Of a DNA stretch of 64,000 nucleotides, positions 11,907-22,938 are shown piece by piece. Every line of letters starts with the position of its first letter. Position 1 is the first letter of the stretch. The notes under the pieces were generated by a model that was not told the origin of the DNA, searched no databases, and saw only the letters and a program-made list of their open reading frames with translations. The DNA lies in contig CM060731.1 of the NCBI GenBank assembly GCA_030704615.1, positions 93,682,001 through 93,746,000 on the forward strand. The letters are read 5' to 3'. This DNA is from Takakia lepidozioides (Eukaryota; Plantae; Bryophyta). A program made the translations under genes and the position numbers.

Positions 11907-14105
11907 ACCCCCCCTCACCCTCCAGCTCATTTCCCCAATAGCCCATGCAGCCCGTCCTCATCCTCAAATCTGCTAAACATTAACCCAGACAACCCAAAAG
12001 CTTTCATTATTGAAGCAATTTTAGGCACCGAGACTCAAACCACCATTGATGAATTTGGCGCCACATGTCTAGACACTTTCTACCTATGCAAATGGGCTGG
12101 GTACTCAGATGACAACAACACTTGGCAAGCAGAGGATGACCTATTTGGGTCCCATGATGATTGTGACCCGGCCCACAACGTAGACCTACTCACTGCATTC
12201 CATAAAACCACTAACACCAACTACCTAGCCCACACCTATCAACAGCACACCTCCCAGACACAAACCATAGACGCTCGATACGTACATAACCCCTTAGACG
12301 CTCCTAATGTACATGTCGGCATTGCCGAATGCAATCCTGACAAAGACATACTACAAATCTCCCCCATATTGCGCCGCAGCAAGCGCATGACCAAGCTTTA
12401 TGCCTTTCATGGCCGCTATACCGGACTTATCCCAAATGATAGACTCACTTGGTTATGGCATAGATTCTCTACCTCTAGTCTTCCCCCCAACCCGATCACG
12501 CCAGTCAGGCTGGCTTGTGGACCGCTATTTAAGTGATACCCCTCCAAAAAAACCCCGCTCCCCCCTCAAGCTAACACAAGCCCAGTCCCACACTACCCTC
12601 CCACCCGACATCCTAGAACTTCTTATAGATTCTTTCCAAATCACACACTCTTATTACTCAAGCCCGCTTACATGCCCCATGACCCTCACTTCCTACTCCA
12701 GCCCGCACCCCCGCGATTGCATCTTTGGAGCTATTGGCCCAGCCTCCCAGCATACTTGGACTGGTCGCGGCTTTGCCCACCCACCACAAGGATCCCCCAC
12801 GCATGTGCGTTACAATGGGCCCGTCTCGCCACTCAATCCTCCCCCTCTGCTGCCACCGTCATGCTCTTAACATACCAACAACTTCCAAAAGATCCGCACC
12901 CCCTTCTTCAGCTCCCCCCCCGAGGTTACGCCCTTAGCCGCTATTGACCCAGACCAGCTCCAATATTATCCCCCCCCCCCCCCCCCCCCCCTTCCACAAT
13001 ACCTTAAACATCGAGAACCCACCCTAACCTTATTCTACTTGTGCACCGCCTTCCTACTGACACGCTTATACCCACCGATTTTTCATCCCGCCTCACACAC
13101 CTCTTAACATATACACATGGCATGAAGGCCACCACATTTACTATCCCCCCTTCCCCAACCCCTGCCCTTCGCCTCTACCCTGACATAAATAGCTCCAAAA
13201 CGTCTCGTATGCTCACCCGGCCACCCGCCCCCCCTATCATACCTACCTACGCTAACCCCCCAACAACCCAAAAGTACCTCCCTCCTAGATATCCGCCTGC
13301 CAACTCTCGTTACACCGACGGATCCCTAATTGCCGGCCCTCGCACTGGATATGGTATCTATCATGTCGATACCAACCAAGGTGTCTCCCTATGCCTCCCC
13401 GGCCCGGCCACCATTCTCCGAGCTCATGGCCATACATGATGCCCTCACCCAGCTCTCATCATTTCCTCCGCCTCACTATATCTTCACCGATAGTCTAACC
13501 TCACTCTTTCTCATCCGCAATCACCTGTCCCGACCCTCCACCCACCACCACCACTCAAATCGGAACCTCATCGCTGCCATAGTACATCTTGCTATCTCCA
13601 TGCACCAACCCATACACTTTCTTAAAGTCCGCTCCCATACCGGTATCACCGGTAACGAAATGGCTGACTCCTTTGCCCAGTAGGGCGCCACCTTGCCAGA
13701 GGTAGACCTAACACCGGATCCCATCCATGTTGCTCATACACACCCATTTTGGTTCACACACCCAGTCCCTGGCCCCACAGAGCCGTGCCCCGTTCGCAAT
13801 CTCAAAACCACCCTCACACATGAAGCAAGCAAGTAGCCTCGACCTCTGCGAGCCACTCTAAACTACATGTTCAGAAATGGACACAGTCCGAGGTACTACA
13901 CCATAAACTCTCTAATCACTTCTGGCATACTACTCTTGCTACTGATGCCCAAATCAAACAAACTCTCAAATTCAGATATGCCCAATACATGGGCCACCAG
14001 TGTAAACATATTTTCTGGCCCCGCCTCTTCCCCTCCCCTAACTGCCCACTCTGTGCTAGCACTCACCCGACCCGAGACACTTGGCCCTATCTTCTCAGCC
14101 AATGC
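11907..14105 (+). mobile_element. Non-LTR retrotransposon remnant (RLE-type with RNase H, Dualen/RandI-like), part 1: chromodomain, MTase-like segment, RNase H, Zn knuckle
   Basis: Chromo-like FIIEAIL..YLCKWAGYSDDNNTWQAEDDL (12003-12143); YYSSPLTC..YSSPHPRDCIFGAIG..WTGRGFAHPP (12610-12790); RNase H YTDGS..ELMAI..IFTDSL..KVRSHTGITGNEMADSFA (13311-13683); CPLC..DTWPYLLSQC (14043-14105). Frameshifted. Confidence 0.75.
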
Positions 14106-15197
14106 TGTTAGAGGACTGTAGGGGACTTAGACACTTATACGGGATCTGTAGGGTACCCTTAATTTTTGCACAGACTGAGACAAACATGAACCTTAGGGGT
14201 GACAGCAGCGCACTGTAGAGGGGGGTTACATAGCCCACACAGCCGACACAGCAGTCACAGCCCACACAGCCAACACAGCCCGTCACAGTCGTCACAGCCC
14301 ACACAGCCGTCACAGCCCACACAGCCAACACAGCCCGTCACAGCCCACACAGCCCACACAGCCCGTCACAGTCGTCACAGCCCACACAGCCCACACAGCC
14401 GTCACAGCCCACACAGCCCGTCACAGTCGTCACAGCCCACACAGCCCACACAGCCCGTCACAGTCGTCACAGCAGACACAGCCCACACAGCCAGTCACAA
14501 CCCGGCACAGCCACACAGCCAGTCACAGCCCGACACAGCCAAACACAGCCAGTCACCGCTTGACACAGCTGTCACGATAATAGGGAACGAAGAGTAGGAC
14601 AGGGAACGACTGTGGGGAACAACACCTGTGAAGGGAACATGTTAATTCACATACGACGGTTAGAGAGGGAAACGGTTAGAACCGCGGATAGGAGGATAAA
14701 GGGAAAAACGGGGAATGAAGAAAGAATGATTATGATTCGGGGGAGGAGGATTTCGGAGTGAGACGGGAGCGGAAGTCGGTGAGCACGATGAAGGAGGAAA
14801 GAGGATTAGTAGATGCTTGTTATATGCAAAGCTGTAGGGATATTGTAGAGGAGAATAGAGACACAATGGCTTCGGCCTGATACCTGATAAATCATAATCT
14901 GATACTTATACGATACAATCACACTGTGTAGAGAGATCTGAGTGAAGCTGTGGATTGAATGGAGGAGTTAAGGAAACCGATAAATTGATGAAGCAAACTG
15001 ATACTTAATTATCAATGGTAAGGTAGCTAAGATGAATGCGGAAAAGGAAACAAATAGGAAACACCCCCATGATACACTAGCTGTAGGTCATGACTGATTG
15101 TTCTGCGCGGGCTGAGTACTTAGAGATTTCCAACTCTTCTATCTTGGAGTTTCCGCCTCGGATAGCGAAGGGATGGGTGAGTAAAAGCCGCGCGACA
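14106..15197 (+). repeat. 5' LTR (contains CACAGCC-based minisatellite ~14230-14575)
   Basis: Starts TGTTAGAGG, ends CGCGACA; near-identical to 25368-26464. Confidence 0.95.
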
Positions 15198-15785
15198 TTT
15201 GGCGACCATACTGGGGACCTGGGACATGAACAACCAGATGTGACAGGCATCTGGTGGGATCATGGTGGTTGGACCATTAAAGAATTTGAAGTGAATCAAA
15301 TTCCCTGTGGAACGAAGGAAGAAAGATTGTCCAAACAATTCTTTCAAAGGTTCTTGGAATTGCCAGACGGATGTAAAGAAAATATTCTTAAACGAGTGCA
15401 TGATGCTGATCCAGAATGGGGTCTGGAGAAAGGAGTGATAAAGATTTATCAGGTAGCCTGTAGAGGAAGAGCACGTTGGTTACCAACATTAGTTTATGTG
15501 ATAGCGTTGCTATCCATTAAACGAGTAGAGTTTGAAGGCTGGGAAGAAAGAAAGGTGAATGTTTATACTCATATGCATGAAGAGCTTGTACTGGTAAAGA
15601 ATTGGATTCCAAAGGATATTTTGTGGATCAAACTCACACCAAGAACAGCTTTTCAGACTTGTTTGCCATATGGTTATATGGTAACGGAGACTTCAAGTAT
15701 AGCCAAGGGTGCATTGAAGCTTGAAAGAAATCCAGGCATATACGAGAGATATTACAGAAGAGAGTTTTGGTTATTGCCACATTAA
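15090..15785 (+). CDS. Extra 5' ORF of the gypsy element, unknown function (true start probably downstream of the PBS)
   Basis: 231-aa open frame upstream of gag with globular composition; no recognisable domain. Confidence 0.45.
   Translation: MTDCSARAEYLEISNSSILEFPPRIAKGWVSKSRATFGDHTGDLGHEQPDVTGIWWDHGGWTIKEFEVNQIPCGTKEERLSKQFFQRFLELPDGCKENILKRVHDADPEWGLEKGVIKIYQVACRGRARWLPTLVYVIALLSIKRVEFEGWEERKVNVYTHMHEELVLVKNWIPKDILWIKLTPRTAFQTCLPYGYMVTETSSIAKGALKLERNPGIYERYYRREFWLLPH
15200..15217 (+). promoter_or_regulatory. Primer-binding site, tRNA-Arg-like (TGGCGACCATACTGGGGA)
   Basis: Begins 2 nt after the 5' LTR. Resembles the tRNA-Arg-type PBS TGGCGACTCCACTGGGGA of Tat/Ogre elements. Confidence 0.75.
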
Positions 15786-15886
15786 AAGAAATGAAAGACA
15801 TGGGACATGAGTGATGAAAGAGAAGCTAGACGACAAAGATATTCATCAAAAAGAGAAAGCTATCTGAAAGCTAATTATCCATATCT

Positions 15887-18800
15887 TTGGGAGAGAGGAA
15901 TAGACATAGGGGAATCATCTGGACCTCTCACACCATCAAGATCAAAAAGTGCATCACCTATACCGGAAGAACTAGAGTTGGATGCCACTCCTTCTGTTTC
16001 TTTGCAAGAAAGATTAAGGAATTGGTACAGGAAGAAGATCAATCACGAGGTGAAAGATCTGAGGTACATCCTTGGATAAAAGACTTGACAGAAATCTTTG
16101 ATAAGAGTTGGCATGGAACACCAAAAGCAGGAACTCCAGTTTCTGAAGCAGAAGATGAAGAAGGAGATGAGGATGTGGCAGAGCCAACGGAGAGTTCAGA
16201 CTCTCCAACACCATTACAGTTGAGTTACATGAGTGAAGAAGAAACCCAAGGGCAGAACTTGGAGGATGAAAACAGAGAGAAGAAATTGGAAGAGGAAGAA
16301 TATGAAGAAGTAGACCCAACAGCTGAGGTTGAGACTACAACCAGGACATCCCAACCCGTTGGACCTGGATCAAGTGGAGCACTTGGATCACAGGCCAACG
16401 AAGGTGTCGGCTCAGGGGGATCAGGCGGGCTGCCTGGATCTGGCTCTGGGGGGACAGGGAGTGTGGGAAGTAGTGCAACTGAAGCTGGGAATACTGTGAA
16501 TATCGTGGGGCCAGAAGCAGGGAGTGCTCAAGGGCCACCACTTGGTGGAAGATCCACCACAAAAACAACAGGTCCAGAAGGACCAGCACCAGCAAGGGTG
16601 CCAGCACCTGTCAGTGGGCAGAAGGTAGGGCCACAGATGGCGTTACAACCAACACGGGCAAAACCACCCTTTCCAATATATTCAGGAAAAGGGGATCCCG
16701 ATGTACACATTAGCCAATTTGAGCACATGTGTATAGTGAACAATGAGAATGGCGATGATGCCAAGATGAGACTGTTTCCTTGTTCACTTATCAAGAAAGC
16801 AAGTGAATGGTATGCAAGATTCCCTGATAATCATTTCCTAACCTGGAATGGCTTGAATACAGCATTTCGAAATAGGTTCAGGACAAGTAAAACTGAGGAT
16901 GAAGTGTATGGAAGTTTACAACAGCTGAAGCAGAAGAAGCATGAAACTGTTGAAGAGTATATGGAGAAGATGGAATTGATGATGAAAAAGCTGGCTGCAG
17001 TACCAGCACCCGGTTTACAGAAGACTTGGTTTGTGAGTGGACTAAGACCAGAGTTGCAGAAGAAAGTGGATATGTTACCCCATAATACAGTGGAGGAGGC
17101 ATTTGAAACTGCAAACAGAATTGAGCAATTGGGAATGCTCAGGAGAGAGAAAAAGGAAGATGAGGACTCTGAAGATGAGTCAGATGAAGAAGAAGAGCAA
17201 GAACTAAAAAGAAAGAGTAAGAGAAAGGAAAAGTTGAAGAGGGATAACTATGAGAAAAGATTGGAAGAAATCTTGAAGAAGTATGCCACAGAGGCTGCAA
17301 CACATTGGAGGAAGGGTGTATGGTGTGCAAAGTGCCAGAATGAAGGCCATACCACTGCAGAATGCCACATGAAGGAGAAACACTGTACTATCTGTAAAAT
17401 GGATAACCATTCTACTGAGAATTGTTACTACAACAGAAGGACAGCTGCAAGAGAACCTAGGCAAGTGAGGGTGCATCAGGTGCAGCCCCAGCCAAGAAGA
17501 AGCAATGATCAGGACCACTATGGTAGGTCTGGTGGTTATAACAATGGCATGGAAGGGAGAGGTAATTCAAGAGGGAATTACCAAGGAAATTCCAGAGGCA
17601 ACTATCAGGGTAATCCAAGGGGGAATTACCAGCCCGGGAATCAGGATTATAGAAATAATCCAAGAACAGACCAAGGGCGAGGACCCAATGGTGAAGAGCT
17701 ATGTTACTATTGTAATCAGCCAGGACATCGCAAGGCAGCCTGTTCATTCTGGATAAGACACCAGAATGAGATGAGAGCTCCTGTGAATGAGGGCCCAGTG
17801 GTGGCAGCTCACATGGTTAGGCCATGTGTTGTACCAGAAGTAAGTACAATGATAGTAACAAGAAGTAAAGCCAAACTAATACCTCCAGTAGAAGAGGAAG
17901 AAGATGAGACTGGAAGTGGCAATGATATGCCTGAAGATGAAGAGACTTGGAAAGATGAGAAGGAACTGCACAAGGAAGTGGCAGATACTATAAGGGAAAT
18001 GCAAAAGAGTACGGATATTCCTGTGGCAGATTCCTCTGATTCGGATGGAGAAAAAGAGGGGAGTGAGGAAGAAAGGAAAAAAGAAGATGCAGACATGCAA
18101 AGTAATGAAGAGACTTTGGCTGAAGTAATATGTCAGACCAAAGCAGAAATTACCATTGGACAGCTATTAGCTGTGGCACCTTATTGTAGGCACAGGCTGT
18201 ATCAGGCAATCAATCGAATTGCCCAAGAGACAGGAAACACAGACCTGAACAGCAAGGTGACCAGTTATAATGTGAAGCCGGAAGGGCGAGAACCAGTCAT
18301 GGACTTTGATGATTCTATGCCAGTAATCCAATTGAGAATTGGAAGCACAGAACTAACTGATGTACTGATAGATGGTGGTTCTGGAGTAAATATCATGACA
18401 GACCAATTAAGGAAGAAGCTTGGTCTAAGTAACATGAAACCAGCCCCATTTACAGTAACAATGGCAGATCAAAGAAGTGTACAGCCATTGGGATTAATAA
18501 GAGGAGTTAAGATACAGATACAGAAAATGATCTTTATGATCACAGTAACTGTATTAAAAATGGATGAAGTCATGGAGGCTTACTCCTTATTATTGGGACG
18601 TCCGTGGCTGAAACAGGCCAGGGTATTCCATGACTGGAATTCTCAGTTACTAACTGTGCATAATGGGATGCACGAGATACAAATTACCACAAAGAAATCT
18701 AGTAGATTACCTGCTACAAGAAGACCTCGAGGAGTCAGAGAGTATGACTGGAGGGGAGGACTGGATGAGGAGCAGGAAGCTACCCTATTTGCTGCACACC

Positions 18801-21583
18801 CAGAGTGGGAGCAGGTTGCAGAGATGCGGCTGGAAAGCCTAAGTTGTTTGAGAGGTATCTGCTGTGGTGTAGTGACAGCAACACCAACTGAAGAAGAAAC
18901 CAGCATTTACCCATCACATTTCTATGAAGAAAGAGAAGGAGAAATAGAAATCCTAGAAGAACCAGCCACTGTGAGCTTACAGGATGAAGTGGTGACTGGT
19001 TGGACAATCACAGCTGATGAGCAGGTGAGAGAAGTAAATGTGGGAACTCAGGAGGAACCGAGGATGGTGAAAGTAGGAGCTGATTTGGAGCCGGAATTCT
19101 TCGAAGAAGCTAAAAGCTTGTTCATCAAATACAGAGATGTATTTGCTTGGAGCTATGAGGATCTAAAAGGGATACCACCTGAAGTCTGTCAGCATAAAAT
19201 TGAACTGGAACCAGGGTCAGTACCAATCAAGCAGGCGAGGTATAGAATGAATCCCAACTACGCACAGAAGGTTGGAGAAGAGATAAAGAAGTTGGCTGAG
19301 GCTAAGTTTATATACCCAATAGAGTATACAACTTGGTTGTCACCCATTGTTATAGTTCCCAAGAAGAATGGCAAACTAAGAGTATGTGTGAACTATAAGA
19401 AGCTGAATGCTTGTACGAAGAAAGATCCTTTCCCTTTGCCATTCACAGAAGCAGTATTAGACACTGTGGCAGGCCATGAGATGTACTCATTCATGGATGG
19501 CTTCAGTGGTTATAATCAAGTGCAAGTGGCAGAAGAAGACCAAGGGAAAACAGCTTTCATCACAGACTGGGGGGCTTATGCATACAAAGTCATGCCCTTT
19601 GGACTTTGTAATGCACCAGCGACCTTTCAGAGAGTGATAAGTGAATCTTTTCATGAGTATCTGGATGATTTCATGCAGGTATTCTTGGATGATTTCAGTG
19701 TGTACAGCTCTAAGAATGAGCACTTGCATAAATTGGAGTTATGCCTGGCCAGATGCAGGATGAGAGGTCTGGGCTTGAATCCAGAGAAGTGTACTTTCTG
19801 TGTGAACTCAGGGGTGCTTCTGGGACACATAGTGTGTAAGAAGGGACTTCTTGTGGATCCCAGGAAGACAGAGTCCATTAAAGTCTCTCCACCACCAGTG
19901 AATGTTAAGAGTTTAAGGAGATTCCTTGGGCAAACCAGTTATTACAGAAGATTTGTCAAAAGGTATGCACAAATAGCAGCACCATTGAGCAAGCTTCTGA
20001 AGAAAGATGCAGTGTTTGCATGGACAGCTGAATGTCAACAGGCGTTTGAGGAACTTACACTGTCAGTAACAACTACACCTGTGCTGATTAACCCTCACTG
20101 GCATGTAGTATTTCATGTTCACTGCGATGCATCAGGAGAAGCGTTGGGAGCGGTGTTAGCCCAGAATGTTACAGGGAATATAGATTCACCTGTGTACTAT
20201 GCTAGCCGGTTGATGAACAGTGCTGAGAGGAACTATAGCACAACGGAAAGAGAAGCATTGGCAATGATCTATGCAGTGAAGAAATTCAGGCATTACCTAT
20301 TGGGAAGAAAGTTTATGTTTTATGTGGATCACCAGGCTCTGATATATCTGGTGAACAAACCTTTGATAAGTGGAAGGATAGCGAGGTGGTTAATAATCTT
20401 GCATGAGTTTGAGTTCGAGGTTATTTACAAGCCTGGCCGTTTGCATCTTGTGGCAGATCATTTGTCACGACTAACAACAGGAGAGGCCGCCACAGGAGTG
20501 GACGATCAGTTACCTGATGCGAGTTTATTTGTAATGGAGGTGCAAGGAAGTGCAGATGAATGGTTAGATTGGCAGTGGCCAATCAGATACTACCTTGCTC
20601 ATGGTCAGTGCCCACCTAGTTATGGTAAGGAGCAGAGGAAGAGAATTGCTATCAGAGCTTTACCTTATACTATGGTAGGAAGCAGAATGTATAAGTTAGG
20701 ACCTGATGGAGTACTAAAACGATGCTTGTACCACCATGAAGTAAATAAAGTCTTGGAGGAAGTTCATAAAGGAGTGGCTGGAGGTCATTTTGGAGAAGAG
20801 ACTACCAGTAGAAAGATACTACTCGCAGGATACTGGTGGCCTACTTTGTTCAAAGATGTACATGAGTATTGTCAGAAGTGTGATGAATGTCAGAGGCTAG
20901 GACCTTTGCAGAGATCTGGAAGAATGGCCTTGCATCCTACAATGCCTACGGAACCATTTCAGAAATGGGGACTAGACTTTGTTGGACCAATTAATCCACC
21001 ATCCAAGAATACACGAAACAGGTACATAATTACAGCCACTGATTATACTACAAAGTGGGTGGAAGCTAAAGCTTTGAGGGACAACACAGCCAAGTCCACA
21101 GCAAGGTTCCTGTACGAGAACATACTTACACGATTTGGATGTCCCTTAGAATTTATCAGTGATCAAGGAAGTCACTTCATGAATGAGACCATTGAGTTAT
21201 TGACTAAAGAGTTTATGATTGTGCATAGAAAGAGTACAACATATTACCCACAGGGTAATGGACAGGCAGAGGCTACCAACAAAATACTATGTACTATCTT
21301 GGCTAAGATAGTCAATGCAAACAGAACGGATTGGGATACAAAGCTGCTGACAGCTTTATGGTCATACAGGACTTCGTATAAAGTCACCACAAAGTATACA
21401 CCATTCCAATTAGTTTATGGTATGGAAGCCTTACTTCCAGTGGAATTCCTGTTACCTACCATGAGAACGGAGTGGGGAAAAAGAATGGAATTGCAAGACT
21501 CCATCAAGGTCAGGAAACATGAATTATACCATGTGGAAGAAGTACGTGCTGATGCAGCTGATAATATGACCAGAATTAGATGA
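15887..21583 (+). CDS. Gag-Pol polyprotein (3 CCHC knuckles, aspartic protease, RT, RNase H, integrase)
   Basis: 1898-aa open frame (first in-frame ATG at 16229). CAKC..H..C, CTIC..H..C, CYYC..H..C; LIDGGSGVN; MPFGLCNAPATFQR..FLDD; CDASG; GGHFG..CDECQ; DFVG..SDQG..NGQAE. Confidence 0.95.
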   Translation: MGERNRHRGIIWTSHTIKIKKCITYTGRTRVGCHSFCFFARKIKELVQEEDQSRGERSEVHPWIKDLTEIFDKSWHGTPKAGTPVSEAEDEEGDEDVAEPTESSDSPTPLQLSYMSEEETQGQNLEDENREKKLEEEEYEEVDPTAEVETTTRTSQPVGPGSSGALGSQANEGVGSGGSGGLPGSGSGGTGSVGSSATEAGNTVNIVGPEAGSAQGPPLGGRSTTKTTGPEGPAPARVPAPVSGQKVGPQMALQPTRAKPPFPIYSGKGDPDVHISQFEHMCIVNNENGDDAKMRLFPCSLIKKASEWYARFPDNHFLTWNGLNTAFRNRFRTSKTEDEVYGSLQQLKQKKHETVEEYMEKMELMMKKLAAVPAPGLQKTWFVSGLRPELQKKVDMLPHNTVEEAFETANRIEQLGMLRREKKEDEDSEDESDEEEEQELKRKSKRKEKLKRDNYEKRLEEILKKYATEAATHWRKGVWCAKCQNEGHTTAECHMKEKHCTICKMDNHSTENCYYNRRTAAREPRQVRVHQVQPQPRRSNDQDHYGRSGGYNNGMEGRGNSRGNYQGNSRGNYQGNPRGNYQPGNQDYRNNPRTDQGRGPNGEELCYYCNQPGHRKAACSFWIRHQNEMRAPVNEGPVVAAHMVRPCVVPEVSTMIVTRSKAKLIPPVEEEEDETGSGNDMPEDEETWKDEKELHKEVADTIREMQKSTDIPVADSSDSDGEKEGSEEERKKEDADMQSNEETLAEVICQTKAEITIGQLLAVAPYCRHRLYQAINRIAQETGNTDLNSKVTSYNVKPEGREPVMDFDDSMPVIQLRIGSTELTDVLIDGGSGVNIMTDQLRKKLGLSNMKPAPFTVTMADQRSVQPLGLIRGVKIQIQKMIFMITVTVLKMDEVMEAYSLLLGRPWLKQARVFHDWNSQLLTVHNGMHEIQITTKKSSRLPATRRPRGVREYDWRGGLDEEQEATLFAAHPEWEQVAEMRLESLSCLRGICCGVVTATPTEEETSIYPSHFYEEREGEIEILEEPATVSLQDEVVTGWTITADEQVREVNVGTQEEPRMVKVGADLEPEFFEEAKSLFIKYRDVFAWSYEDLKGIPPEVCQHKIELEPGSVPIKQARYRMNPNYAQKVGEEIKKLAEAKFIYPIEYTTWLSPIVIVPKKNGKLRVCVNYKKLNACTKKDPFPLPFTEAVLDTVAGHEMYSFMDGFSGYNQVQVAEEDQGKTAFITDWGAYAYKVMPFGLCNAPATFQRVISESFHEYLDDFMQVFLDDFSVYSSKNEHLHKLELCLARCRMRGLGLNPEKCTFCVNSGVLLGHIVCKKGLLVDPRKTESIKVSPPPVNVKSLRRFLGQTSYYRRFVKRYAQIAAPLSKLLKKDAVFAWTAECQQAFEELTLSVTTTPVLINPHWHVVFHVHCDASGEALGAVLAQNVTGNIDSPVYYASRLMNSAERNYSTTEREALAMIYAVKKFRHYLLGRKFMFYVDHQALIYLVNKPLISGRIARWLIILHEFEFEVIYKPGRLHLVADHLSRLTTGEAATGVDDQLPDASLFVMEVQGSADEWLDWQWPIRYYLAHGQCPPSYGKEQRKRIAIRALPYTMVGSRMYKLGPDGVLKRCLYHHEVNKVLEEVHKGVAGGHFGEETTSRKILLAGYWWPTLFKDVHEYCQKCDECQRLGPLQRSGRMALHPTMPTEPFQKWGLDFVGPINPPSKNTRNRYIITATDYTTKWVEAKALRDNTAKSTARFLYENILTRFGCPLEFISDQGSHFMNETIELLTKEFMIVHRKSTTYYPQGNGQAEATNKILCTILAKIVNANRTDWDTKLLTALWSYRTSYKVTTKYTPFQLVYGMEALLPVEFLLPTMRTEWGKRMELQDSIKVRKHELYHVEEVRADAADNMTRIR

Positions 21584-22362
21584 AGCGAAAGGAACAGTTT
21601 GATGAAGGCAAATTAAAGACTTTTAAGACGGGGGATTTGGTTCTATGGTTGCAGAAGAAAGGAAAGATTCAAGCTTCTAAGCTTAAATCACCATGGAAAG
21701 GACCTTATGTCATACAAAAGATGTATGATAACAACACAGCCATGTTACAAACCATTAACAAAGAAATGCTGGGAAGAGTCAATGCAAATAAGTTGAAGGG
21801 GTACAGTGGTATCCATGACAAACCCCTGCAGCATGATTTGCATGTTGAACCGCAAGAGCAGTCACGGGCTGCACCAGTGTTACGAACGGAGTATGGAACA
21901 CTTGTCGCTAGGCCCAGTATATATGACCGGGGTGGGCAAAACAAACGTGACACAGCCTATCACAGCCCATCACGGCGTGACACAGCCTATCACAGCCCAT
22001 CACGGCGTGACACAGCCTATCACAGCCCATCACGACGTGACACAGCCAACCACAGCCCAGCAAGGCGCAACACAGCCTACCACAGCCCGTCACGACGTGA
22101 CACAGCCAACCACAACCCAGCAAGGCGCAACACAGCCTATCACAACCTACCGCAGCGTGTCACAGCCTATCACAGCTTACCACAGTGCAACACAGCCTAT
22201 CACAGGGTAACACAGTATGACACAGCCTGTCACAGCTCAACACAGCCTACTAAAGTTACACCATCCATAGAATCAGTGGCAAGTGGACACATAATAACTT
22301 CAGGAAAATGGATGACGGAAGAGGAAACGGAAATTACTTTAAAAATAGACACGTGGAGGTGA
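21580..22362 (+). CDS. Frameshifted integrase C-terminus (GPY/F motif) followed by 10-aa repeats
   Basis: KLKSPWKGPYVI motif; RRDTAYHSPS-type repeats encoded by a 30-bp tandem repeat at ~21946-22250. Confidence 0.75.
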   Translation: MKRKEQFDEGKLKTFKTGDLVLWLQKKGKIQASKLKSPWKGPYVIQKMYDNNTAMLQTINKEMLGRVNANKLKGYSGIHDKPLQHDLHVEPQEQSRAAPVLRTEYGTLVARPSIYDRGGQNKRDTAYHSPSRRDTAYHSPSRRDTAYHSPSRRDTANHSPARRNTAYHSPSRRDTANHNPARRNTAYHNLPQRVTAYHSLPQCNTAYHRVTQYDTACHSSTQPTKVTPSIESVASGHIITSGKWMTEEETEITLKIDTWR

Positions 22363-22938
22363 GGGTGCGACACACAGCAGAGAATGAAGTGCAAGGACAG
22401 GTGTCAAAAAGAAAGAGGAAAAGAACGGCCGTCAAATGGGATGAAAGGCGGGCCCATTAATGAATACGGAAAAAGGGAAACAGAACGAACGGCAAGTACA
22501 GAAAAACTGAATTCATGTCGCATGTGTGATCCTAGTGGACTATCCAACAGGGAAAGTCCACTAAAGAAGATAAAAGTTAAAATCCAGTCACAGCGGATAC
22601 AGCCAATAGAAAACCAGAGAAATGATCAAGAAAATGGAGGGAAATTGAGCGCAAGAGGCGGCGTCGTTCTGAGTAACGGGCGTCTCGACAGGACAGGCCA
22701 TAAATGCTATAACTTGGAAACTATGGAGGAACTAACAGACTATACGCTCGCAATATTACTTACGCAATGGCAGAGACACGAAACGAAAGAGCAGAGCTTT
22801 TCTCTTGAACAATGCTTGCAAGCCCCGCAGGCTTACAAGAGATTACCCATAGCTTTCTGCGGCAACCATACGTTTCTGCTTTGTGCACTACAGGCATTCC
22901 TGCAGTTGTTACAGCCAAAGCAGTTCTGTGAGTCTAAG

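Noticed and set aside
11286-11967. Arg/Ala-rich ORFs
   Set aside because: GC-rich CACTA subterminal repeats open in several frames.
14095-14597. His/Ser/Thr-rich ORFs (also 25332-25835)
   Set aside because: Products of the CACAGCC minisatellite in the LTRs.
21570-21590. Programmed frameshift or readthrough in pol (also stops at ~45131 and ~44351)
   Set aside because: No slippery site; single indels and stops are better explained by decay or sequence error.
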